Assembly: GCA_041654195.1 (NCBI GenBank)
Contig: JBAZDV010000001.1
Location: forward strand, 1 to 24,790
From: Candidatus Methanomethylophilaceae archaeon
GTDB lineage: Archaea; Thermoplasmatota; Thermoplasmata; Methanomassiliicoccales; Methanomethylophilaceae
Reading direction: 5' to 3'
DNA: 24,790 nucleotides
Made by a program: the position numbers and the translations under genes. Position 1 is the first letter of the stretch; each line of letters starts with the position of its first letter. The notes beneath the pieces were generated by a model. That model did not search any database. It was not told where the DNA came from and saw nothing but the letters and a program-made list of their open reading frames with translations. Below are positions 1 to 7,481 of the stretch, piece by piece.

Positions 1-86
1 TCTCTGTCGGAATTTCAATCGATGGAAAAGAACCAAAGGTCTTCCAAGCAGATGTCAAGGCCGGCATTTACGACGGTAAATTCTAA
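1..86 (+). CDS. rpl11: 50S ribosomal protein uL11, C-terminal fragment (5' truncated by window edge)
   Basis: The frame from nt 3 reads SVGISIDGKEPKVFQADVKAGIYDGKF*. This resembles the archaeal L11 C-terminus (S-x-G-I/V-x-I/V-D/E-G-K-x-P...G-x-Y-D). Only 27 residues are visible. Confidence 0.75.
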   Translation, partial: SVGISIDGKEPKVFQADVKAGIYDGKF

Positions 87-93
87 ACATATT

Positions 94-126
94 ATGGGAG
101 TTCGCTCCCATTCTCTCACTTTTTTT
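94..126 (+). terminator. Hairpin plus T-tract after rpl11
   Basis: ATGGGAG-TTCG-CTCCCAT (94-111) is followed by a 7-T run at 120-126. Confidence 0.65.
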
Positions 127-316
127 AATTATTTTGATGTTTGCGCATCTTCTGGATGTTACTTCCACCAGTAGCGGAAATAAAAACGGTTATCCTACTA
201 ATGACCAGACATAGTGATTAGGTGGAAAGATTAAATAGCATCTATCCTGTTGGGGGAATAAGCGATATTAATTCCATCTGGAATTGATTGAAGATAATAT
301 TTGAGGTGAAAAGAAC

Positions 317-625
317 ATGGATCTGGATTGGATGTCATTCCTGACGGTCATCGTATTTGTCTTCGCTCTCGTTATGGTATTAGCAGGTATATTCACTGCA
401 TACTTTGGAAGCGGAAGAAGCAGGACCATTGGTGTCGTCTTGTTTGTCGTTGGATTGATAGTCGGTCTTCTCTGGGCTTACCTGGTAGGTTACAGCAACA
501 TAGCGATCTTCTCTGATGTTCATGCATGGGATGTTGTGTACGATGCATTTGTATACATAATCGCGGCACTCATCGGTGCACTCGTTGCTGTTGGAATCTT
601 CCTGGTAGCAGTGATGAAGAGTTAA
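317..625 (+). CDS. Small hypothetical membrane protein (102 aa, ~3 TM helices)
   Basis: GAGGTGA SD lies 7 nt before the ATG. Three hydrophobic segments, with a GIFTAYFGSGRSRTIG loop. Confidence 0.85.
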   Translation: MDLDWMSFLTVIVFVFALVMVLAGIFTAYFGSGRSRTIGVVLFVVGLIVGLLWAYLVGYSNIAIFSDVHAWDVVYDAFVYIIAALIGALVAVGIFLVAVMKS

Positions 626-632
626 AACCCGT

Positions 633-660
633 CGGGGACCTTCCCCGTTTACTTTCCTTT
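633..660 (+). terminator. Terminator hairpin after the membrane protein gene
   Basis: CGGGGA-CCT-TCCCCG stem-loop followed by a T-rich tract. Confidence 0.5.
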
Positions 661-809
661 CACGCGGGCGGTTCATTGTGACCGCCGATCGCTTTTCTTT
701 ATTTCTGTCGGCTCTATGCTGTATGACCGAGACCACGATATCAATTATCGCGGCAATACGGAAAATCCTTTAATTCGAGAACAAAATCATCAAAGGAATA
801 AATTCATAG

Positions 810-825
810 GAAGGGAGGTCCCTTC
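810..825 (-). terminator. Terminator hairpin after ef1b
   Basis: Minus strand GAAGGG-ACCT-CCCTTC, 8 nt after the ef1b stop, followed by T-rich sequence. Confidence 0.5.
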
Positions 826-833
826 ATTGAATC

Positions 834-1103
834 TTAAAGAACAGTGTTAGCGATGCATTCGACGTTCTCGACGCCTGGAATTGAGCGCAATCCATCTTCG
901 AGGTCACCGCCGACAGATCCGCTGGTATCATCGATAAGGAAACCAGCCGTAACTTTTTGAAGTCCGAATGCAACAGGTGCGATCTTCGTCTCGAGAAGTT
1001 TAACGCCACTAGGCATGACGCTGGAAATCTTTGCGATAACAGCGTTCAAGTCGATTTCGGTGTCTTCAGGCATAAGGTCGTAGGAAGCTACAATCTGACC
1101 CAT
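834..1103 (-). CDS. ef1b: Translation elongation factor aEF-1 beta
   Basis: 89 aa with MGQI..YDLMPE at the N-terminus, the PVAFGLQK motif and a GVENVE C-terminus. AAGGTGA SD precedes the ATG. Confidence 0.95.
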   Translation of the reverse strand: MGQIVASYDLMPEDTEIDLNAVIAKISSVMPSGVKLLETKIAPVAFGLQKVTAGFLIDDTSGSVGGDLEDGLRSIPGVENVECIANTVL

Positions 1104-1112
1104 CCAATCACC

Positions 1113-1277
1113 TTACGGTCCAACGAATCCGCATTTTTTGCATTCGTATTTAATGCCCTGATCGCGGCACTGTGCGCACCTGCCGATCTCTTCTGCACCA
1201 CAGTTGGGGCATTTGAAAAATGTATTTCCGTTACCCTGAAGCCTGATGCCGCAAGAGGAACATATTTTGTCTGCCAT
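1113..1277 (-). CDS. Small Zn-finger protein (DUF1610 / HVO_2753-like), 54 aa; not in ORF track
   Basis: Manual translation gives [54 protein letters not shown]. It has four CxxC pairs and a GFxGP end, and sits in the usual position directly upstream of ef1b. Confidence 0.92.
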   Translation of the reverse strand: MADKICSSCGIRLQGNGNTFFKCPNCGAEEIGRCAQCRDQGIKYECKKCGFVGP

Positions 1278-1298
1278 GATTCGCGATATTATTACTTA

Positions 1299-1306
1299 TA
1301 TTTAAA
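1299..1306 (-). promoter_or_regulatory. TATA box for the Zn-finger/ef1b transcript (probably leaderless)
   Basis: Minus-strand TTTAAATA lies 21 nt upstream of the ATG at 1277, and there is no SD. Confidence 0.55.
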
Positions 1307-1372
1307 CAGCGAGGTTTCTAGGGCGGAAGCCCTTTTAGGAAATGATATATCCATCCTTTGGCATCAAAGTAT

Positions 1373-2248
1373 ATGGAGATACGTCCCGATTGTGTGCCCT
1401 GCTTGATGAAGAGGGTGCTGTTTCAGGCAAGGCTTTTGGACAATGGCTGTGAATATGATGCCATTGAGGCCGCAATGAAAACATACTCGGATCTATTCGG
1501 GCCCGGCAGGAATTCTGCAGCGGTAGCAACAGAGGTCCATAGGAGCGCGTACAAGGCAATGGGTTCCAGAGATCCGTATCTTGCTCTTAAGATCGAGGCG
1601 GACAAGGTTGCAGGCGAATACATGGATGTCGTTACGGATTATATTGACGGATCCGAAGACAGATTCGCTGCGGCAGTAAGGGTCGCAGTCATCGGTAATA
1701 TAATGGATTTCGGTTCAGGTATCGCGATAGATCATCCAGATCAGTTCCGTGGGCAGTTCGATAAATTGCTGGCACAGGGTATTGGTTCAGACGATACCGT
1801 AAGATTCAAACAGGCCGTGTTGGACGCAGACACGGTTCTCTACATTTTTGACAATTGCGGAGAATCGCAATTGGACAAGTTCTTGATAAAAGAGATCAGA
1901 AATATGGGAAAACGTGTTGTTGGTGTTGTGCGGGGAGAGCCGATACTCAATGATGTTACGATGACCGATGCAAAACGCATAGGTCTTGACAAGGTCGTGG
2001 ATCGTCTGGTGACTACAAATCAATTTGCGATCGGATTCGATCTGAGGAAAGTAGGCGAAGATCTGAAAGAAGAGATGTCAAAGACAGGTTTGATCGTTGC
2101 TAAGGGAATGGCCAATTATGAAGCTCTGTCTGACCAGATAACCGGAATGTCGGTGGTCTATATTCTGAGAACCAAGTGTATCCCTGTGGCTGAGTCCCTG
2201 GGCGTTCCTACCGAGATCAACGTTGTCCGTTTCGTTCCTTACGAATAG
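1373..2248 (+). CDS. DUF89 / ARMT1-like metal-dependent damage-control phosphatase
   Basis: N-terminal CVPC, plus GNIMDFG, DNCGE and KGMANYE motifs. Start moved to the ATG at 1373 (MEIRPDC). Confidence 0.9.
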   Translation: MEIRPDCVPCLMKRVLFQARLLDNGCEYDAIEAAMKTYSDLFGPGRNSAAVATEVHRSAYKAMGSRDPYLALKIEADKVAGEYMDVVTDYIDGSEDRFAAAVRVAVIGNIMDFGSGIAIDHPDQFRGQFDKLLAQGIGSDDTVRFKQAVLDADTVLYIFDNCGESQLDKFLIKEIRNMGKRVVGVVRGEPILNDVTMTDAKRIGLDKVVDRLVTTNQFAIGFDLRKVGEDLKEEMSKTGLIVAKGMANYEALSDQITGMSVVYILRTKCIPVAESLGVPTEINVVRFVPYE

Positions 2249-2287
2249 AACCCTTTTATCAATGAAGGACAATCAACGAGTGTTCTC

Positions 2288-3331
2288 ATGACGTCAAAAG
2301 TCCGCCAAGCGGTTATAATGGTCGGTGGAAAAGGTACAAGACTTAGACCTTTGACATACGATCGCCCAAAACCGATATTGCCAGTCCTGGATAAACCTTG
2401 TATCGAGTATCTCATAGATTCATTCGCATGTTCAGGGATCGAAGAGGTGATACTTGCGTGTGGATACAGGTCCGAGCAAATGGTCCAGGCCATCGGAGAT
2501 GGTACCAAGCAGGGCATATCAATAGTCTATTCATATGAGGACGAGCCAATGGGTACAGGTGGCGCAATAAAGCTGCTGGAGGACAGACTTGACGATGTTT
2601 TTGTCGCAGCGAACGGTGATGTATTCATCGATTTCAATCTGCAAGAGGAGATCGATGTTCATCTCAACAGTGATGCAACGGTGACCATTGCTCTTACACC
2701 GGTGGAGAATCCGTGTGAATTCGGTATTGCCAAGACGGACGAGACCGGAAGGATAATCGAGTTCAAAGAAAAACCAAAACCGGAGGAAGTTTTTTCCAAT
2801 TTGATAAATGCCGGTGTTTACGTTGTGAACAAGGAAGTTATGGGTTTCGTTCCGAAGGGGACGATGTACGATTTTTCAAAAGACCTGTTTCCGCTGATCA
2901 TGAAAAAGGGATACAGGGTACAGGGACACGTTATAACTGGATCATGGCGGGATGTTGGAAGGCCAAGCGATCTGTTGTTCTCGAATATTGAGACGGCAGA
3001 AAGGAAATACAAAGGTCATGATTGGAGTCCTCAGGTTACCTCATCGAAGACAAAGGGGTCATTATACGTAGGAGAAGATGCCAGAGCAACATTTTGTGAT
3101 TTGGATTCCGCCGTGTTGTCAAAAGGTTGTCAGATCACAGATTCGATCATCAGGTCCTCTTTGCTCATGGCCGATTGTGTTGTAAGGTCAGCATATATAG
3201 AGAACAGCATACTGGGGGAGGGCTGTATTGTGAAATCAGGTGCCAGAGTAATAAATTCTATTCTCGGTGATAAGACGGTCGTCTCCGAAAAGGCGATTCT
3301 CAAAAATGACAGTGGGATGAAAAATGCATAA
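2288..3331 (+). CDS. Sugar-1-phosphate nucleotidyltransferase (mannose-1-P guanylyltransferase family); candidate heptose-1-P guanylyltransferase by context
   Basis: GGKGTRLRPLT...PKP, GTGGAIK, ANGD, EFKEKP, INAGVY and WRDVG motifs, with a C-terminal beta-helix-like repeat region. Overlaps the next gene by 8 nt. Confidence 0.88.
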   Translation: MTSKVRQAVIMVGGKGTRLRPLTYDRPKPILPVLDKPCIEYLIDSFACSGIEEVILACGYRSEQMVQAIGDGTKQGISIVYSYEDEPMGTGGAIKLLEDRLDDVFVAANGDVFIDFNLQEEIDVHLNSDATVTIALTPVENPCEFGIAKTDETGRIIEFKEKPKPEEVFSNLINAGVYVVNKEVMGFVPKGTMYDFSKDLFPLIMKKGYRVQGHVITGSWRDVGRPSDLLFSNIETAERKYKGHDWSPQVTSSKTKGSLYVGEDARATFCDLDSAVLSKGCQITDSIIRSSLLMADCVVRSAYIENSILGEGCIVKSGARVINSILGDKTVVSEKAILKNDSGMKNA

Positions 3332-4337
3332 TCAGATCATACGTGCCAGGGCTCCTCTGAGGATAGGCATTGCAGGAGGAGGTACCGATGTGGACCCATA
3401 TGCTTCCATGAAGGGAGGAAAGGTCCTCAATACGACCATTGACAAATATGCCTACTGTACGATAGTTCCGAATGGAACAAACACAATGACTGTAAAATCC
3501 CTTGATTATGGTAAGTACGAAGTGACATTGGACGGGGGTCCCCTATCTTATGATGGAAACCTGGATCTTATCAAGGTCGTCACGAATCATTTCGGCATAT
3601 CGGAGGGATTTGACATGTTCATTCATTCCGATGCTCCACCAGGCTCAGGGCTGGGAGGCTCTTCCACGGTTATCGTTTCAATATTGAGTGCGGTATCAGA
3701 ATGGAAAGAACTGTATCTTTCAAAGTACGAAATGGCAGATTTGGCATATCGCCTGGAAAGGGAGAAGTTAAATCTGAAAGGCGGCAAACAGGATCAATAT
3801 GCTGCAGTTTTCGGTGGTTTCAATCTTATGGAATTCAGCAAAGAGGGCGTCCGTATCAATTCGATAGATATGAAAGAATCGACAATAGATGAATTACAAT
3901 ATTGTTCGCTGCTTTGCTATACCGGTAGAGCCAGAGAGTCTGCAAACATCATAGAATCGCAGGTAAAGAATTTCAAAGATGGTATGAACGAAGATGCCCT
4001 TGATGAAAGCAAAAGACTCGCGGTCGATATGGGTGAAGCTTTGAAAAAAGGAAAAGTGCATCTTGTAGGCGAATTATTGGATCAGACATGGATGTATAAG
4101 AAAAAATTCACGTCAAAGATATCCAATCCGCAGATAGACGATCTATACGAGACTGCGAAAAAGAACGGGGCAATCGGGGGCAAAGTATCTGGAGCAGGCG
4201 GTGGCGGCTTCATGTATTTCATTTGTGAATATGACAAAAAGCATATTGTAGCAAGTGAATTGAAAGCAAGGGGGGCGGTTATCACTGACTTTATGTTCGA
4301 GCATCGCGGTGTGAGGTCCTGGAGGTGTGAAGATTGA
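3324..4337 (+). CDS. hddA: GHMP kinase, D-glycero-alpha-D-manno-heptose-7-phosphate kinase (HddA-like)
   Basis: RAPLRIGIAGGGTD, PPGSGLGGSS, GGKQDQYAA and GGKVSGAGGGGF motifs. Adjacent to gmhA. Confidence 0.85.
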   Translation: MHNQIIRARAPLRIGIAGGGTDVDPYASMKGGKVLNTTIDKYAYCTIVPNGTNTMTVKSLDYGKYEVTLDGGPLSYDGNLDLIKVVTNHFGISEGFDMFIHSDAPPGSGLGGSSTVIVSILSAVSEWKELYLSKYEMADLAYRLEREKLNLKGGKQDQYAAVFGGFNLMEFSKEGVRINSIDMKESTIDELQYCSLLCYTGRARESANIIESQVKNFKDGMNEDALDESKRLAVDMGEALKKGKVHLVGELLDQTWMYKKKFTSKISNPQIDDLYETAKKNGAIGGKVSGAGGGGFMYFICEYDKKHIVASELKARGAVITDFMFEHRGVRSWRCED

Positions 4338-5362
4338 AAGAATTGATCTACAATGAACTGAAGACAAGCTCTGAGACCATATCGAAGATAGATCCGTCGA
4401 AGATAGAAGAGATCGCCGACGTTCTAATCGATGTGATCCGTAACGGTCATCAGGTGTTGTTTATGGGTAACGGTGGGTCATCTGCAGACGCACAACATAT
4501 CGCTGCAGAGCTCTCGGGAAAATATCTCATGGAACGTCCTGCAATGCCAGGTGTGTGTTTGTCGAACATTGCGCCTGTGACGGCCATAGGTAACGATTAT
4601 TCCTACGACAAAGTATTCGAAAGACAGGTGCAGGCCTTTGCGAGGAAAGGGGACGCGGTCGTTGGAATATCGACATCCGGCAATTCCAAAAATATTGTTC
4701 TGGCACTTAAGGCTGCCAAAGAGATCGGTTGTATCACGATATCCTGGACGGGGCAGGGTGGCATAATGAAGGATATGGCGGATCATGCACTCATAATACC
4801 ATCAATGGCAACTCCAAGGATACAGGAAGGTTATCTTGTTGCCGGGCACACGATATGCGGTCTCGTCGAACGGGGGATGTTCGGACCAAAGGCCGTTTTT
4901 ATCGACAGGGACGGTACCATAGTGAAGGATGTACCACACTGCAGCGATCCGAAGGACATACACGTTTTTGACGGTGTTCCGCAAGCGATTGCCAAATTGA
5001 AAAACGCAGGATATTTGGTAATAATCATCACTAACCAATCGGCGGTCGGTCGTGGGATGGTCACCGAAGAAAAATTGTCGAAGATCCATGCAAAGATGGT
5101 CGCAGATATCGAGGCGGGCGGAGGGAAGGTGGATGATATATTCTATTGTCCGCACCATCCAGATGATGGATGTACATGTCGTAAACCACAGATAGGGCTT
5201 GGTGAGCAAGCGATATCAAAGTACAGGATATCGACCAAATCGTCGTTTATGATCGGGGACACCGATGCCGACATGTGTTTCGGAGAGAGCATCGGCTGTC
5301 GTACTATCAGGGTGAAGGAAGGGTACACATTTGTTGATGCCGTGAACGACATTATCGGCTGA
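4334..5362 (+). CDS. gmhA: Fused phosphoheptose isomerase (GmhA) / heptose-1,7-bisphosphate phosphatase (GmhB)
   Basis: N-terminal SIS domain: GNGGSSADAQHIAAE, NDYSY, ISTSGNS, RIQE...GH. C-terminal HAD domain: FIDRDGT, TNQS.VGRG, CPHHPDDGCTCRKP, MIGD. TTG start with a GGAGGTG SD and a 4-nt overlap with hddA. Confidence 0.92.
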   Translation: MKELIYNELKTSSETISKIDPSKIEEIADVLIDVIRNGHQVLFMGNGGSSADAQHIAAELSGKYLMERPAMPGVCLSNIAPVTAIGNDYSYDKVFERQVQAFARKGDAVVGISTSGNSKNIVLALKAAKEIGCITISWTGQGGIMKDMADHALIIPSMATPRIQEGYLVAGHTICGLVERGMFGPKAVFIDRDGTIVKDVPHCSDPKDIHVFDGVPQAIAKLKNAGYLVIIITNQSAVGRGMVTEEKLSKIHAKMVADIEAGGGKVDDIFYCPHHPDDGCTCRKPQIGLGEQAISKYRISTKSSFMIGDTDADMCFGESIGCRTIRVKEGYTFVDAVNDIIG

Positions 5363-6244
5363 TCAAAGCCTTTTTGTCGTTTCCACGGGATCCCATATAT
5401 TGATATCGCCGTCGTCGGTGGATACGTGGGACATGGCTCTCGATCTCGATATCAGTTCCAACGTGACCGCGAAAATCATTTTGAAGGGATGGAAGCCCAG
5501 GTCTTTCGCTACATTTATCAGGGCATTCATCAGGAATTTTTTGTCCCAGGTCGGTATGTCATAGTCATAATTGCGTTTCATATAACGCTCTCCGATATTG
5601 ACACGGGTCCTCTGTTTGATAAAGTCTGAAACCGTCTCAGGACCTCTGTTCAGGATCACGGCATCGGCGGCATATACACTCTTAAAGCCCTGTGCCTCCA
5701 ATTTCATTCTTAAAATGTCCTCATCGGACTGTGTTCCGAGTGGTAATCTTGTTCCAATGTCCCTGAATGCTACAAGTTCTCCGATCTTTGGATAGATCAG
5801 AGAGATGTGATGATGCATGGTCCAAAGCATATGTGTTGCGAAGCCGACGAATTCCTTCTTACTGTTCGTCGGTATAGGATGTCCGCCGACGATCCCGACC
5901 TTTGGATCGGAAAGTGGACGGAGAAGATTACCCAATGTGTTTTCGTCATTGAAGGCATTGTCGGCATTGAGAAGGACCACGATATTCGTCGTTTTTTTAT
6001 CAAGGAGGAGGTTGACCGCGGAGTTCTTTCCTTCTCTCTTTTCCTGAGGGATCAATATCAATGTATGGAATTCCTTCATCAGATCGATAACGATCTTGTC
6101 GGTACCGTCAGTACTTCCGCTTGAGATCACAATGACCTGTTCAATATCGACATCGGACAACTTCTGGTCATAAACGGATCTGATAGCACGCTCGATATTT
6201 TCGGATTCGTTGTATGCACAAATACCGATGGTTACTGGAATCAT
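5363..6244 (-). CDS. Glycosyltransferase family 2
   Basis: IGICAYNESENI, VISSGSTDGT, LLNADNA, SDED and KQRTRV motifs. Confidence 0.9.
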   Translation of the reverse strand: MIPVTIGICAYNESENIERAIRSVYDQKLSDVDIEQVIVISSGSTDGTDKIVIDLMKEFHTLILIPQEKREGKNSAVNLLLDKKTTNIVVLLNADNAFNDENTLGNLLRPLSDPKVGIVGGHPIPTNSKKEFVGFATHMLWTMHHHISLIYPKIGELVAFRDIGTRLPLGTQSDEDILRMKLEAQGFKSVYAADAVILNRGPETVSDFIKQRTRVNIGERYMKRNYDYDIPTWDKKFLMNALINVAKDLGFHPFKMIFAVTLELISRSRAMSHVSTDDGDINIWDPVETTKRL

Positions 6245-6276
6245 CAGACGTGTATGTTCTATGTGGTATATGACGG

Positions 6277-7014
6277 TTAACTCTTTAATTTCGAACCGAG
6301 TCTCGCTAGGAATCGACCCCAGCCGTCACACTGACGTAATATTGAGAATACTATGTTGGTACTTATCTTGGATTTTCCACCCTGGCGTTCTCCGAATTCA
6401 AACATCTCTTCTGAGATATCGATGTGATCAGGAGCATATTTCATCAGGTCGAATAGAGCTTTGAAACCTCTCATCTCAAAATTCGAATGGAATTCCCTGA
6501 TTACATTTTGAAACAACTCGGTTTTTCCGCCGAAGAGACCGCTCATAACGTCCTTTGTTGTTTTCTTGCCATGCATTTTCAAGGTAAATACAGCGAGCAT
6601 ATGTGCGGCCCAAGAGCCGACCCATCTACTGAATGAGGACAGGGCCGTACGGTCCCTTCTCACACCGACGACCAGATCGGAACCCTTCTCCAGCTTTTCA
6701 TAGATACCCTTCAAGGCGGAGAGCGGATGCTGGAAGTCGGAATCCATGTTTATGAAGAACTCTGTGTTCGTTTCCATGATCCCTTGAAAGATGCTTGCAG
6801 AAAGGCCTCGATCATTGACATCCCTTGTTATGATCCTGACCTTCTCATCCTTTTTCATGATGTCCTCTACGATCTGTTTCGTTGAGTCCGTGGAATTGTC
6901 ATCCATGACGATAATATGAAAATCTGGATAGAGCTTCCTGAGGCAATCGATCATTTTACCGATATTTGCCTCTTCGTCGTAAGTCGGAAGTATAACTGTG
7001 CAGTTATCGTTCAT
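6277..7014 (-). CDS. GT2 polyprenyl/dolichol-phosphate sugar synthase (DPM1-like)
   Basis: VILPTYDEEANI, MDDNSTD, RGLSASI, MDSDFQHP, DVMSG and FGERQGGKSKI motifs. Start is ATG 7014 (alternative 7020). The ORF-track extension to 7224 overlaps the divergent gene and is spurious. Confidence 0.9.
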   Translation of the reverse strand: MNDNCTVILPTYDEEANIGKMIDCLRKLYPDFHIIVMDDNSTDSTKQIVEDIMKKDEKVRIITRDVNDRGLSASIFQGIMETNTEFFINMDSDFQHPLSALKGIYEKLEKGSDLVVGVRRDRTALSSFSRWVGSWAAHMLAVFTLKMHGKKTTKDVMSGLFGGKTELFQNVIREFHSNFEMRGFKALFDLMKYAPDHIDISEEMFEFGERQGGKSKISTNIVFSILRQCDGWGRFLARLGSKLKS

Positions 7015-7099
7015 GTGCATCCCTTCTTGCCTCTCCCTTATGACATAAACAAATATATCATATGTATGCAATCGGCACTCTGATTGAGGTGATGATGTA

Positions 7100-7462
7100 A
7101 TGCACGTTATTTCGTTGGTCGTTAAGAACGAGTTCGGCGTAATGCAGCGCGTTATGGGCGAATTCACCCGTAATAAAATCAATGTCGAAACGATCGTCGT
7201 TGGAAAATGCGAGCTTCCAGGCAAGGCCAGGATAGTCTTGTCGGTACTGGATAAGGATCTTGCAGAGGTAGCTATCGGTAGACTTGAAAAACTTCAAGAC
7301 GTCTATTGTGCTCAACTGGTTCCGCCCTCCGGGCAGTCAGCATATGCGCTTATGTCCACTTCGGACGGGAATGTCGGAGTGGTTGGCGGATCAAAACAGG
7401 TTGAAGAGATAATCGAGCGTTCTAAGCCTGCGAGATATGTTCAGGCACTCAATGCGCTATAA
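7100..7462 (+). CDS. ACT-domain protein, acetolactate synthase small-subunit (IlvH/IlvN)-like, shortened
   Basis: N-terminus ISLVVKNEFGVMQRVMGEFTRNKINVETI matches the IlvH-type ACT pattern. GAGGTGA SD present. Confidence 0.78.
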   Translation: MHVISLVVKNEFGVMQRVMGEFTRNKINVETIVVGKCELPGKARIVLSVLDKDLAEVAIGRLEKLQDVYCAQLVPPSGQSAYALMSTSDGNVGVVGGSKQVEEIIERSKPARYVQALNAL

Positions 7463-7481
7463 CACTTAAAGGGGAGTAAAA

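Noticed and set aside
661-800. Extra hairpin (GGCGGT...ACCGCC, 667-686) and short ORFs between two convergent terminators
   Set aside because: It has no tRNA, C/D-box or other recognisable RNA features. It may be a second terminator, and there is not enough support for an sRNA.
957-1406. 149-aa plus-strand ORF
   Set aside because: It is antisense to ef1b and the Zn-finger gene, crosses the divergent promoter, and has no recognisable features.
7015-7224. N-terminal extension of the DPM1-like ORF
   Set aside because: It overlaps the divergent ACT gene and promoter. Family similarity begins at MNDNCTVILPTY.
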